Source of the DNA: a virus
DNA: 64,000 nucleotides
Reading direction: 5' to 3' (one strand)
Virus record (IMG/VR): IMGVR_UViG_3300044732_000737
Coordinates: 13,818-77,817 of that record
Shown: in pieces, positions 49,055 through 57,327 of the stretch
Numbering within the stretch: position 1 is the stretch's first letter
Layout: each line of letters opens with the position of its first letter
The notes under the pieces: generated by a model
The model's database searches: none
What the model was told of the DNA's origin: nothing
What the model saw: the letters and a program-made list of their open reading frames with translations, nothing else
Translations under genes and position numbers: made by a program

Positions 49055-49279
49055 TCATTTTATTTCCTCATAGTGTGTCCCATTATAGGATTCAATAAAT
49101 TTCCATTTACGCTCACATGAACTACAACTTAAATTTCCAGTTGTAATATTCAAATCAGCCTGTAAGTTATTACCATTACGATCATATGCAGGTAAAGTGT
49201 ATGCAGCAGTTCTAACAGTGTTAGTAATGTAGAATCTACAGTCACTTCTCAAACAACTTAATAATTCAAAATTTGTCAT
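49055..49279 (-). CDS. Hypothetical protein (possible Zn ribbon)
   Basis: CxxxC...CSSC. Confidence 0.6.
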   Translation of the reverse strand: MTNFELLSCLRSDCRFYITNTVRTAAYTLPAYDRNGNNLQADLNITTGNLSCSSCERKWKFIESYNGTHYEEIK

Positions 49280-49578
49280 GTGTGTTCTATTATTTCAATT
49301 CCAGCTTCTTTTATAGCTGATAAGCAGATTGGGCAAGGTTTAGCATTTAATGGGTCACCCTGTCTACCATATCTAGCTACAAAGATTCTGTGTGCTTTAC
49401 TAAGATCTTTGCATTTAAGAATAGCATGTACTTCAGCATGAAGATAAATCTTATATGGTTCACCAACCTCTTCGGCATGACGTGCCATTAGAGGGTGGCT
49501 CTTCACATAATTGTTATATCCAACTGAGAGTACACGGCCCTTCTTATCATACACGATGGCAGTCAGGGCGTGTCTCAT
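49276..49578 (-). CDS. Cytidine/dCMP deaminase-fold Zn protein
   Basis: HAE and PCPIC motifs. Confidence 0.8.
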   Translation of the reverse strand: MRHALTAIVYDKKGRVLSVGYNNYVKSHPLMARHAEEVGEPYKIYLHAEVHAILKCKDLSKAHRIFVARYGRQGDPLNAKPCPICLSAIKEAGIEIIEHT

Positions 49579-49579
49579 A

Positions 49580-49846
49580 CTATTTAATATTAGCCTTAAT
49601 TATAGTTTGCAAATCAACTAAGGTTTTAATTTTCTTCTTAAAGAATCTACGATTAGTCTTTGCATGGTTTAGCATTATAAATGCATGCTTGCTATCACTA
49701 CTAGTATCAGCCTTATCTGCTTTTTCATAATAAAAAGATTCAGACCCTTTTATTGTAGCAGCAAATTCCTCAGCAAAGCTAATCTGTTCTGCAATAATTT
49801 TCTCTAAACGCTGATAATGCTTCTTAGTCAAAGTACGCTGTGTCAT
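49580..49846 (-). CDS. Hypothetical protein
   Basis: Basic helical ORF; likely start MTQRTL. Confidence 0.55.
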   Translation of the reverse strand: MTQRTLTKKHYQRLEKIIAEQISFAEEFAATIKGSESFYYEKADKADTSSDSKHAFIMLNHAKTNRRFFKKKIKTLVDLQTIIKANIK

Positions 49847-50105
49847 TCTTTCTTTCCTCAAGTGTTGCTAAGTAATACCCTTTAATATCATCAATAATAT
49901 TGTCAACAAGAATGTCTACAATATCAACTCCTTTAAGTGTAGCACTTAGTACACAAACAACTTCTGCATAGTCTGGGTCTATTTTTAATCCAGTACCCCA
50001 TTCAGCAGCACCCTTTTCTTCAGGCATGTACTCTATTTCTACCTCTAAATACAGAGGTTTATAATTTGTCTTGTAATAGACATTATAAGTAAATTTTTCA
50101 ATCAT
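49824..50105 (-). CDS. Hypothetical protein
   Basis: 93 aa, co-oriented, coupled. Confidence 0.6.
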   Translation of the reverse strand: MIEKFTYNVYYKTNYKPLYLEVEIEYMPEEKGAAEWGTGLKIDPDYAEVVCVLSATLKGVDIVDILVDNIIDDIKGYYLATLEERKNDTAYFD

Positions 50106-50235
50106 CGTGTTAATGCTCCAAGGATAATGTTAATTGCTTGCACAATATGCATTTGTTCCATAGGTTCTAATTGATGCCAAGGTCTAGCACCAGGAAATTT
50201 AGCTCTAGCAGCTTCATAGAATCTTTCCACATCAC

Positions 50236-50454
50236 TCATGGTAGTTTTAAATCCATTTCACAATAAACATCATCGTTAAATCTTTCACAGATCCATTCTT
50301 CAGGATCTCCAGTTCTAGCCTTCTTAATACCATATGGCATTTCGTCAAAGTAATAGTTATAGAGATCATCGAATAGCGCACTAGACATATCCCAACGTTC
50401 TAAGAACTCTGGAATTTCATCTTTATGCTTTTCACATATCTCGCTCAGTGTCAT
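50236..50454 (-). CDS. Hypothetical protein
   Basis: EMPYGIKKARTGDPEEWI motif. Confidence 0.65.
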   Translation of the reverse strand: MTLSEICEKHKDEIPEFLERWDMSSALFDDLYNYYFDEMPYGIKKARTGDPEEWICERFNDDVYCEMDLKLP

Positions 50455-50671
50455 AAATTCTTTCTGCTAAATCACAAATTTGAAAGAAAGGTGCTCTACG
50501 AATTGCTAGAGTATCTGGTAAATCAACCCAAAAGTCATGCCAGAAATATGGCGTATTAGTTTTCATATTACGATCAGCATAAGACTTTCTTACTGCATTA
50601 AAAATATGCAGGTAATAGTCATGTGCATAAACCAACTCAACTACTTTTGCATGCTCTTCATCTGAGATCAT
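50432..50671 (-). CDS. Hypothetical protein
   Basis: FWHDFWVDLPD..AIRRAPFFQICDLAE motif. Confidence 0.6.
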   Translation of the reverse strand: MISDEEHAKVVELVYAHDYYLHIFNAVRKSYADRNMKTNTPYFWHDFWVDLPDTLAIRRAPFFQICDLAERIYDTERDM

Positions 50672-50837
50672 ATTCAATCCTATTTAAAAATACTTCAGCT
50701 TCTTCTTTAGTTTTAAATGGGCCATACATCTTATCGGAGTCATAATGATATGCACTGAATGTGCTATCAGTGGGATCCTCTGTAACATCTCCAATTGGAT
50801 AGCCAAATAAGTCTTCGAGAGTATAAACTACTTTCAT
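50658..50837 (-). CDS. Hypothetical protein
   Basis: Likely start MKVVY (ATGA overlap); YGPFKTKEEA motif. Confidence 0.55.
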   Translation of the reverse strand: MKVVYTLEDLFGYPIGDVTEDPTDSTFSAYHYDSDKMYGPFKTKEEAEVFLNRIEYDLR

Positions 50838-51088
50838 ACTGTGTTTCCTAAGAATGTCCATGTTTTAGGTAAAATAAAGTTAAAATCTTTCTTGAATTTA
50901 AACCTCATAAACACCTGAAGTTCTTCAAATGTTTTAGACAACAAGATTTTCTTGACATAAATTTGTGCAAGTATCTGTCGTGTGTTTCTATCTAGTAATT
51001 GAACTTTAATTGTCCCATCACGTTCTGGTTTGAAACGGTTATAAGCAATAATTATATTATCTAGCTTAATGTTTTTCTTGGCGTTCAT
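50834..51088 (-). CDS. Hypothetical protein
   Basis: 84 aa, basic. Confidence 0.55.
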   Translation of the reverse strand: MNAKKNIKLDNIIIAYNRFKPERDGTIKVQLLDRNTRQILAQIYVKKILLSKTFEELQVFMRFKFKKDFNFILPKTWTFLGNTV

Positions 51089-51248
51089 TCTCGATTATCC
51101 TAGAAATGTCTTTCCTTAATGTTGCTAACTCATCTAGTGTATCAAGAGTTGCTTCTCCTGATATTTGAATTAAACTTAATAACAAGAATCGCTTAACGAG
51201 TTTATCCTGCTCTCTCATTAGTCTATGTGCTATTCTATTCAATCCAAA

Positions 51249-52388
51249 TTACTCCTTATACAAAATGTCGAACAAGTATTCAATAACTTGATGCTCTTCA
51301 TAGCCTACACGTAGCATGTCTTCTGCATCAAGAATAACCTCTTCTGTCAATGCGTTTCTATTAAGAAACTTAATTGCAGTTTCAGGATGTTCAGGATGAA
51401 TAAATGTAGCTACCATCTCTAATAATTCTGTCTTCAAACCAAACTTAGCGTCTGCTAAACAGTCAATTAATGTTGTAGCTTCCTCAGTATAAGTTATTGG
51501 ACCTACTGGATCTTTCTCATAGTCATACTCGTAGTCAGCATAATTACTATAGCCATATGCATCTTTGTTATAAGTAGGGAAAGATGTGTAGTTACTGTAA
51601 TTAGTCTTAAGCTCATCTGGATCAGGCACACTTGGATCACGAACAGCTTCGAGAGAATCCCAGTTAATTTTCAATACAGCCTCGGATAAGTCTTGCAAGT
51701 GATAGAGATCAAGCTTTTCATTTGGTGTATGCTCAGAGTAATAACCAGCACTAATGTTAGTACATTCAGGAATAGTATCAGCAAACTCAGCAGTATCAGT
51801 GTAAACACCTGTATCGTCTGGTACAAACATAAAGTCTGTACAAGCATCATTCAAAGCGTCTGACAATGCATAAGCAAAATCATCTGAACAAGTACGACCA
51901 CACATTTGATGAGTAATAATACTATGAGTACCTTTACGATCGAATGTAATAGCTCGTTTGAATTGTCCAACTAGTCCTGGATCATTTAATGCAAGCCAAC
52001 TAGAACCGATGCCACCTTTCTCTTCACCTTGAAAGAATACATAGTAGCCAGGCACCCTGTTATCAATCATGTGAAGTAGTAAAGCAACGCCAGCACCATC
52101 ATCAGCACCGAGAGGCTTCCCTCCGTCAGCTAACAAGTATTGGCCTTCATACTTAAAGACATTATCACCATCTTCACGGTGAACAGTATCTACGTGAGCA
52201 GTGAATAATGTTTCATTAGATGAGTCATCACGCATGTCCACATGTATATTGCCACAGAAGTCTACTGAGAGATCTCCCTCACCAACACGTTCTACAATAT
52301 AGTTACAAAGCATAGTAACACCTGTGCCACCATGTGGTCTCTTCAGGGATAATGCAAATTCTAAGTCTTTAATTAATTGAGTTTTCAT
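51249..52388 (-). CDS. Zn-dependent peptidase, M28/M20-like
   Basis: TAHVDTV, GADDGAG, GEEKG, FDRKG, GYYSEH metal ligands. Confidence 0.88.
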   Translation of the reverse strand: MKTQLIKDLEFALSLKRPHGGTGVTMLCNYIVERVGEGDLSVDFCGNIHVDMRDDSSNETLFTAHVDTVHREDGDNVFKYEGQYLLADGGKPLGADDGAGVALLLHMIDNRVPGYYVFFQGEEKGGIGSSWLALNDPGLVGQFKRAITFDRKGTHSIITHQMCGRTCSDDFAYALSDALNDACTDFMFVPDDTGVYTDTAEFADTIPECTNISAGYYSEHTPNEKLDLYHLQDLSEAVLKINWDSLEAVRDPSVPDPDELKTNYSNYTSFPTYNKDAYGYSNYADYEYDYEKDPVGPITYTEEATTLIDCLADAKFGLKTELLEMVATFIHPEHPETAIKFLNRNALTEEVILDAEDMLRVGYEEHQVIEYLFDILYKE

Positions 52389-53728
52389 TCTGATTCACTT
52401 TCTGTTTCGGGAACATTCTCTGGATGATATTCTTTTCCATCTACTTCTACTGGGGTAACATCATCCTTTAAATACCACTCATGAGATCCATTACAGTAAA
52501 ATAACTCGCTCTTGGGATAAGCAAGGCTATCAATCAAAACCCAATCTCCATTTGGGCCAATTTCTTCATCTAATACATACTCACCAGAAATAGTTTCGTA
52601 TGTTCTTTCTTTCTCAGCAACACCGCCATTATGAAGTTCAACTAGTTCATGATAATCTAAATTATCTTTATGATAGTAATTACCTTGATATTCAACAACA
52701 TCATTTTCGCTTACTAACTCTGTATATCTAGTACTATCTGTGTATGCTCGAACATAATGGTTATCTGCGCAATTCTCACAGATATCACCGTCTTCGTAAG
52801 TACTTCTCATATCATCAGCGTGGTAGTACTCATCACAGCAGCTACAATGCTCAGTTTCACTAGCACATGTTTCACCGTCTGTTTGAGTACACTCATAGTC
52901 ACCATCCTCAACAATATGAAGATTATAATGTACGCCTTTATATACACGGGTACTACACTTACTTACTCGTTGTACTTCACCATCAATATACGGAGCTAAG
53001 AAATCATGACTATAACTAATTAGCTTTAATGGTGTCTCATAAGGCCAGCCATCTACATGCCTGTAACCAGACTCCTTTAACCAATACTCTAATGCCTCAT
53101 CAGCATAACTGTAGTCATTACCTCTCTTATAGGTACGAACAAAGTATTTTTCTTTGTCATCCTCAGAGTGCCATACCAAGCCACGACCATTAATTGTACG
53201 TGTGTCTGGATCAAGCCTAACTGCAGTTTTCCAACCTAACTCTGGAGCATAAACCATGTAAGGATGCTTCAAGCTAGGATCATAGTACTCATGACCTGGA
53301 GTATAACTAGAATCCCATGTCATACAAGAACGTGGACCTAGTTGTACACTGGTAATAATACCTTCTTTTGTATCCCAGATCTCATAAGTATCATTACGGC
53401 ATTTAGTAGCATAGTCACGAATTTCATGATCCTTCAATTGAGGGAACATTCTACGAACATAGCGACCAAAGGTAGTAACAGTCTGACGATCGTTAATACC
53501 TGAACGCTCATCACGAGTAAACGCAACATTACTTGCATCTTTAATTGATTGATGAGGATATTCTAATGCTAATAACCGATGGTCTTGAGGTATATGCTTT
53601 TTCATAATCTCTTTGATAATCGGATGGAACTCATAAGCCTTTTGCTCTCTTGCATGCCAATCTCTTGTCATGCGGAGAAGCTCTAATACTACAGGAAATC
53701 TAACTTCTAATTCTTGAATTGTGATCAT
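52385..53728 (-). CDS. Hypothetical protein with C-terminal CxxC repeats
   Basis: SCM, GRGLVW, PYIDG motifs, then CSCC...CENC and acidic repeats. Confidence 0.75.
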   Translation of the reverse strand: MITIQELEVRFPVVLELLRMTRDWHAREQKAYEFHPIIKEIMKKHIPQDHRLLALEYPHQSIKDASNVAFTRDERSGINDRQTVTTFGRYVRRMFPQLKDHEIRDYATKCRNDTYEIWDTKEGIITSVQLGPRSCMTWDSSYTPGHEYYDPSLKHPYMVYAPELGWKTAVRLDPDTRTINGRGLVWHSEDDKEKYFVRTYKRGNDYSYADEALEYWLKESGYRHVDGWPYETPLKLISYSHDFLAPYIDGEVQRVSKCSTRVYKGVHYNLHIVEDGDYECTQTDGETCASETEHCSCCDEYYHADDMRSTYEDGDICENCADNHYVRAYTDSTRYTELVSENDVVEYQGNYYHKDNLDYHELVELHNGGVAEKERTYETISGEYVLDEEIGPNGDWVLIDSLAYPKSELFYCNGSHEWYLKDDVTPVEVDGKEYHPENVPETESESE

Positions 53729-54054
53729 TTATTCTCTCTTGAAAGATTTAAAATATAGTTTGCTTTCTGGAAAACCCAAGGGTTTCTGTGTGGCAGGTGT
53801 GCTCCAGTAGCACCATCCCAATCTCTAAATTCCCAGTCGTAAAAGTCTATTCTTAAACAATCTGGGTGTTTTTCTTGTAGTTTTTGTAGCTCATCAGCCC
53901 ATGCTTGCCACTGATGATCAGAGATTATACTGTCATTTAGCTCATAATAGATACACGAATGAACTAACATCTGTGCTCTTCGTCTTCTTACTAATTCCAC
54001 TAGCTCAGGTGAACAAGTGACTTTAGTAGTCGTTACTTTCTTAGGTCGTGGCAT
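53725..54054 (-). CDS. Stand-alone NAD-dependent DNA ligase subdomain Ia-like protein
   Basis: HSCIYYELNDSIISDHQW...EL.KLQEKHPD resembles LigA N-terminal HxxxYYxxDxPxISDxEYD; no KxDG adenylation motif. Confidence 0.7.
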   Translation of the reverse strand: MPRPKKVTTTKVTCSPELVELVRRRRAQMLVHSCIYYELNDSIISDHQWQAWADELQKLQEKHPDCLRIDFYDWEFRDWDGATGAHLPHRNPWVFQKANYILNLSRENK

Positions 54055-54316
54055 TTTCTCTGTTTAACATTTGTGTAAAAACTTCGAAGTGTGGTTTTAC
54101 AATTGGTCCATACTCTAGCATATCTAAAGTATCCTGAAAACGTCTAAGATCTTCCCAACTATAAGGGTCAGTTTCAAAGAAAAGATGACTACTTCTAAGT
54201 GTACGTATAGCTACATAAAAGACATCATACTTCTGTTCCGAGTTAAAGTTGTTTACTTTGTTCAACTCCTGAAACTCTTCCATTAGTTCCAATGCCAATT
54301 TGGATAGTTGTTGCAT
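54041..54316 (-). CDS. Hypothetical protein
   Basis: 91 aa, co-oriented. Confidence 0.6.
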   Translation of the reverse strand: MQQLSKLALELMEEFQELNKVNNFNSEQKYDVFYVAIRTLRSSHLFFETDPYSWEDLRRFQDTLDMLEYGPIVKPHFEVFTQMLNRENATT

Positions 54317-54587
54317 TTTGTATCTCTGTTATTAAAAAGTTTCTAACACGGTTTTTTGTAAGGAAGCGTGGGTTATAGCCATCTCTATACCAAAATCTAC
54401 GACCACTGGCTTCAATAGCTTTTTTACGTTTCCTGTCAATTTCATTTATTGCTAAATTCATAATTCGTTCGCTATAAAAATAAAGATTATTTTCAGTAGG
54501 AATAAACTCAAAGTTTGCAATAGAATTAATAGATATAAAATCCTTTAGTATTTTGTTAGATTCATAGAGTAATTGATTAGAGGCCAT
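54243..54587 (-). CDS. Hypothetical protein
   Basis: 114 aa, co-oriented. Confidence 0.55.
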   Translation of the reverse strand: MASNQLLYESNKILKDFISINSIANFEFIPTENNLYFYSERIMNLAINEIDRKRKKAIEASGRRFWYRDGYNPRFLTKNRVRNFLITEIQNATTIQIGIGTNGRVSGVEQSKQL

Positions 54588-54795
54588 CGGTTACATCCTT
54601 TTTACATAATGCACAAACCTTATTTAATTTAGGTAATGATTCTAATGCTTCATAAAGTGCGTCATAGGCATAATGACTAGCACAAGCATATCCATTTTCG
54701 AATTGACTCATTTTATCATTTGTTTCACGTTCCTGTTTAAATCGATCTAGAAGTTTAAGCAATAGTTTATAGTTTTCAGTTGGGATTGTTACCAT
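54577..54795 (-). CDS. Hypothetical protein
   Basis: 72 aa, co-oriented. Confidence 0.55.
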   Translation of the reverse strand: MVTIPTENYKLLLKLLDRFKQERETNDKMSQFENGYACASHYAYDALYEALESLPKLNKVCALCKKDVTDGL

Positions 54796-54967
54796 TAAGT
54801 CTTTCTAAAATACGTTTTAGCCTATTTACACTACTCTCGTATTGCATGAGTAATTCTTTATCTGTACCAAACGAGGCAGAGAATTTCCAATAGTTGTCAT
54901 TGATTTCTTTAGACACTTCTTTTAATTCATAATGTAGCCAATCTTCAATGTCTTTTTCACTTATCAT
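54776..54967 (-). CDS. Hypothetical protein
   Basis: 63 aa, AAGG RBS. Confidence 0.6.
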   Translation of the reverse strand: MISEKDIEDWLHYELKEVSKEINDNYWKFSASFGTDKELLMQYESSVNRLKRILERLNGNNPN

Positions 54968-54976
54968 GTGTGCCTT

Positions 54977-55010
54977 AATAAAATAGCCCCAACTATTTCT
55001 AGTCAGGGCT
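54977..55010 (-). terminator. Rho-independent terminator after clpP
   Basis: AGCCCUGACUA-GAAA-UAGUUGGGGCU 11-bp stem, then AUUUUAUU. Confidence 0.75.
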
Positions 55011-55014
55011 TGGT

Positions 55015-55698
55015 TTACGGATTCTTAATTACTTCATCTACAATACCATGTGTAACTGCTTCATCTGGAGAGAAGAAACAGTCTGATTGTTGTAACAAAT
55101 GTTTACGAATATATGTAACAGACTTACCTGTACATTTGCGATAATGATTTAACATTCTTAGCGAGTCTAAATGAAAGTCTTTTGAGGCTGCAGCTATTTC
55201 ATGTTCTTTACCAACAACTCCACGAGAGAATTGATGTGACATTACAGAGCAATTTTCAGTAATAAAGCGCATACCTTTATTTCCTGACATCAACAACATA
55301 ACACCTGCTGAAGCTACTTCACCAGTACCAATAGTAACTACTGGAATATTGGACTGTTTAATAGTATCAATTAAATGGTATGCTGAAGAAACAAATCCAC
55401 CTGGACTGTTAATAAACAATACAAGTTTATCTGGCTGATCTTGTTTGGCCATCAGGTTGTATTCCATAATAGCCATAATAATAGGCTGTACAGATTCATC
55501 CTCTACCTCTCCCATAAGATACATTACGCCATTACGCATAATATTCTTACCAAACCAATAGTAGCCACCGTCACCATCTTCCTGAGTTACAGGTTGAGGT
55601 GGATTAGGGGAGTCTGGTGCTTCAGGCGCTTTAGGTTTAGCTTTAGCGTTAAGCACACTTGAGTACTTGTTGAACTGGCAACCGAATAGTTTGCTCAT
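55015..55698 (-). CDS. clpP: ClpP-family protease subunit
   Basis: LFINSPGG, ASAG (Ser), MSHQ (His), DCFFSPDEA (Asp), GIVDEV. Confidence 0.9.
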   Translation of the reverse strand: MSKLFGCQFNKYSSVLNAKAKPKAPEAPDSPNPPQPVTQEDGDGGYYWFGKNIMRNGVMYLMGEVEDESVQPIIMAIMEYNLMAKQDQPDKLVLFINSPGGFVSSAYHLIDTIKQSNIPVVTIGTGEVASAGVMLLMSGNKGMRFITENCSVMSHQFSRGVVGKEHEIAAASKDFHLDSLRMLNHYRKCTGKSVTYIRKHLLQQSDCFFSPDEAVTHGIVDEVIKNP

Positions 55699-55987
55699 GT
55701 GATAATTCCTTAGTTGAAATAAATAACTCTGCAGGTTCTAAGATAATATCAGCTGGAAGTGTTACTTTCCATCGACCGATAGATCCTGACCGATTAATAA
55801 TTTTATTGTTTAGTTCATTCAGTGCAACTAAATCTGTTCCGCTTACAATAAATGTAATGCCAGTAGGCCATAAGTCCTCAATAAGTTGAGTAGTAGTTTT
55901 GTTAACTTCATCTACAACTAACCTAAATTCAGACACATGACCTTTGCTATTACTGATTATTGCTTTGATTTCCTCCAATAGAGTCAT
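55649..55987 (-). CDS. Hypothetical protein
   Basis: Likely start MTLLEEIK; the 5' extension in the track overlaps another ORF. Confidence 0.55.
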   Translation of the reverse strand: MTLLEEIKAIISNSKGHVSEFRLVVDEVNKTTTQLIEDLWPTGITFIVSGTDLVALNELNNKIINRSGSIGRWKVTLPADIILEPAELFISTKELSHEQTIRLPVQQVLKCA

Positions 55988-56144
55988 CTTCGTCTTCTTC
56001 GGAGCTGTACTCGTCCCACCAACGTCCTTGTTGTCGCTCTCGCTTATAAGGTCGTTTGTGTCTGTCTGAGTGAGAGGTTCGCTCGTCTTTAAATTGCTTT
56101 TCTTCACGTTCTAATTCCTGCCAGTTAATATTATTTTTGGTCAT
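55950..56144 (-). CDS. Hypothetical protein
   Basis: Charged small ORF, likely start MTKNNINW. Confidence 0.5.
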   Translation of the reverse strand: MTKNNINWQELEREEKQFKDERTSHSDRHKRPYKRERQQGRWWDEYSSEEDEDDSIGGNQSNNQ

Positions 56145-56376
56145 CTGCATAACTACGTTTAACACCTAATTTATCAGCCTTCTTCTGGAGATACACTGAA
56201 AAGAATTTTACTAACTCTTCAGAATCTGCAGGATCAGAGCCCTCTACAATAGACAATGCTACTCTTTCAAAGTGATTCATAATCTCTTCTCTATCTGTAA
56301 TATCTAAAGTAGCTAGTGTATGATTAACACCTTGATCAACCATGTTTGTTAGTTTAATTTTATCCGATGGAGTCAT
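56131..56376 (-). CDS. Hypothetical protein
   Basis: TAATG overlap with the nrdB stop (MTPSDKIKL). Confidence 0.6.
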   Translation of the reverse strand: MTPSDKIKLTNMVDQGVNHTLATLDITDREEIMNHFERVALSIVEGSDPADSEELVKFFSVYLQKKADKLGVKRSYADDQK

Positions 56377-57326
56377 TACCAGTCCCAATCTCCGTTCATG
56401 CCATTAACACTGTACTCTGTAACACGCTTCTCAAAGAAGTTGTCATGAGAAACACCTGAGAGAACCCAGTCTAGCCAAGGCATTGGATTGTCTCGATGGT
56501 CAAAGATAGTCTTTAAACCTAGTTGTAATAATCTACGATCACTAATATAGCGAATGTAACTCTTTACATCTTCTTTACTAATACCTTCAATTTTGTAATT
56601 AGCAAAGGCAAGCTCAATAAATTTGTCTTCAAGATCAACTGCGTCTCTTGCCATCTGATAAATCTTAGACTTAAGTTCATCATTAACAATTCTTGGGTGT
56701 TCATTACAGAACTCTCGGAACAATCTAGCGCCACCTTCTACGTGTACTGTTTCATCACGAATAGACCACTCTACTACAGTACCCATACCCTTCATTTTAC
56801 CGAATCGTTGGAAATTCAGTAACATAACAAAGGAGGCAAACAAAGCCACACCTTCATTCATAACACCCTTAGCAAGAGCAAGCGCTACACCTGTCTGACT
56901 ATTAGTATCATTACTTTGCATAAAGTCAATCTTTTCAGACATCTCTTTATACTCTAGAAATTTGTGATACTCTTCATCAGGCAATCCGAGTGTGTCATTT
57001 AGTAGTGCGTATGCTCGTTGATGTGTACCTTCACGAGAAGCAAAGGAACCAAGCATAACACGTACTTCATTGTTCTTAAACTTTGGGATTAGATAGTCGT
57101 AATAATTTTGTCCTACTTGAACGTCACCTTGAGTAAACAATCGAAGAATATTTGTAATAAATTCTTTTTCGCCTTCATCAAGTTTTAGTTTCCAGTCAGA
57201 CACATCTTCAGACAAGTCAGCTTCATCTTCAGTCCAATGAATTTCTTCATGTTTCTTTGTGATATCAACTGCCCAGTCATGCAAGAAAGGTTTGTATGTT
57301 TTATTAAACTCTGTTAGTGTAGCCAT
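56376..57326 (-). CDS. nrdB: Ribonucleotide reductase class Ia beta subunit
   Basis: FTQGD, REGTHQRAY (radical Tyr), EGVALFASF, RDETVH, NFFEKRVTEY; start 57326. Confidence 0.95.
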   Translation of the reverse strand: MATLTEFNKTYKPFLHDWAVDITKKHEEIHWTEDEADLSEDVSDWKLKLDEGEKEFITNILRLFTQGDVQVGQNYYDYLIPKFKNNEVRVMLGSFASREGTHQRAYALLNDTLGLPDEEYHKFLEYKEMSEKIDFMQSNDTNSQTGVALALAKGVMNEGVALFASFVMLLNFQRFGKMKGMGTVVEWSIRDETVHVEGGARLFREFCNEHPRIVNDELKSKIYQMARDAVDLEDKFIELAFANYKIEGISKEDVKSYIRYISDRRLLQLGLKTIFDHRDNPMPWLDWVLSGVSHDNFFEKRVTEYSVNGMNGDWDW

Positions 57327-57327
57327 A

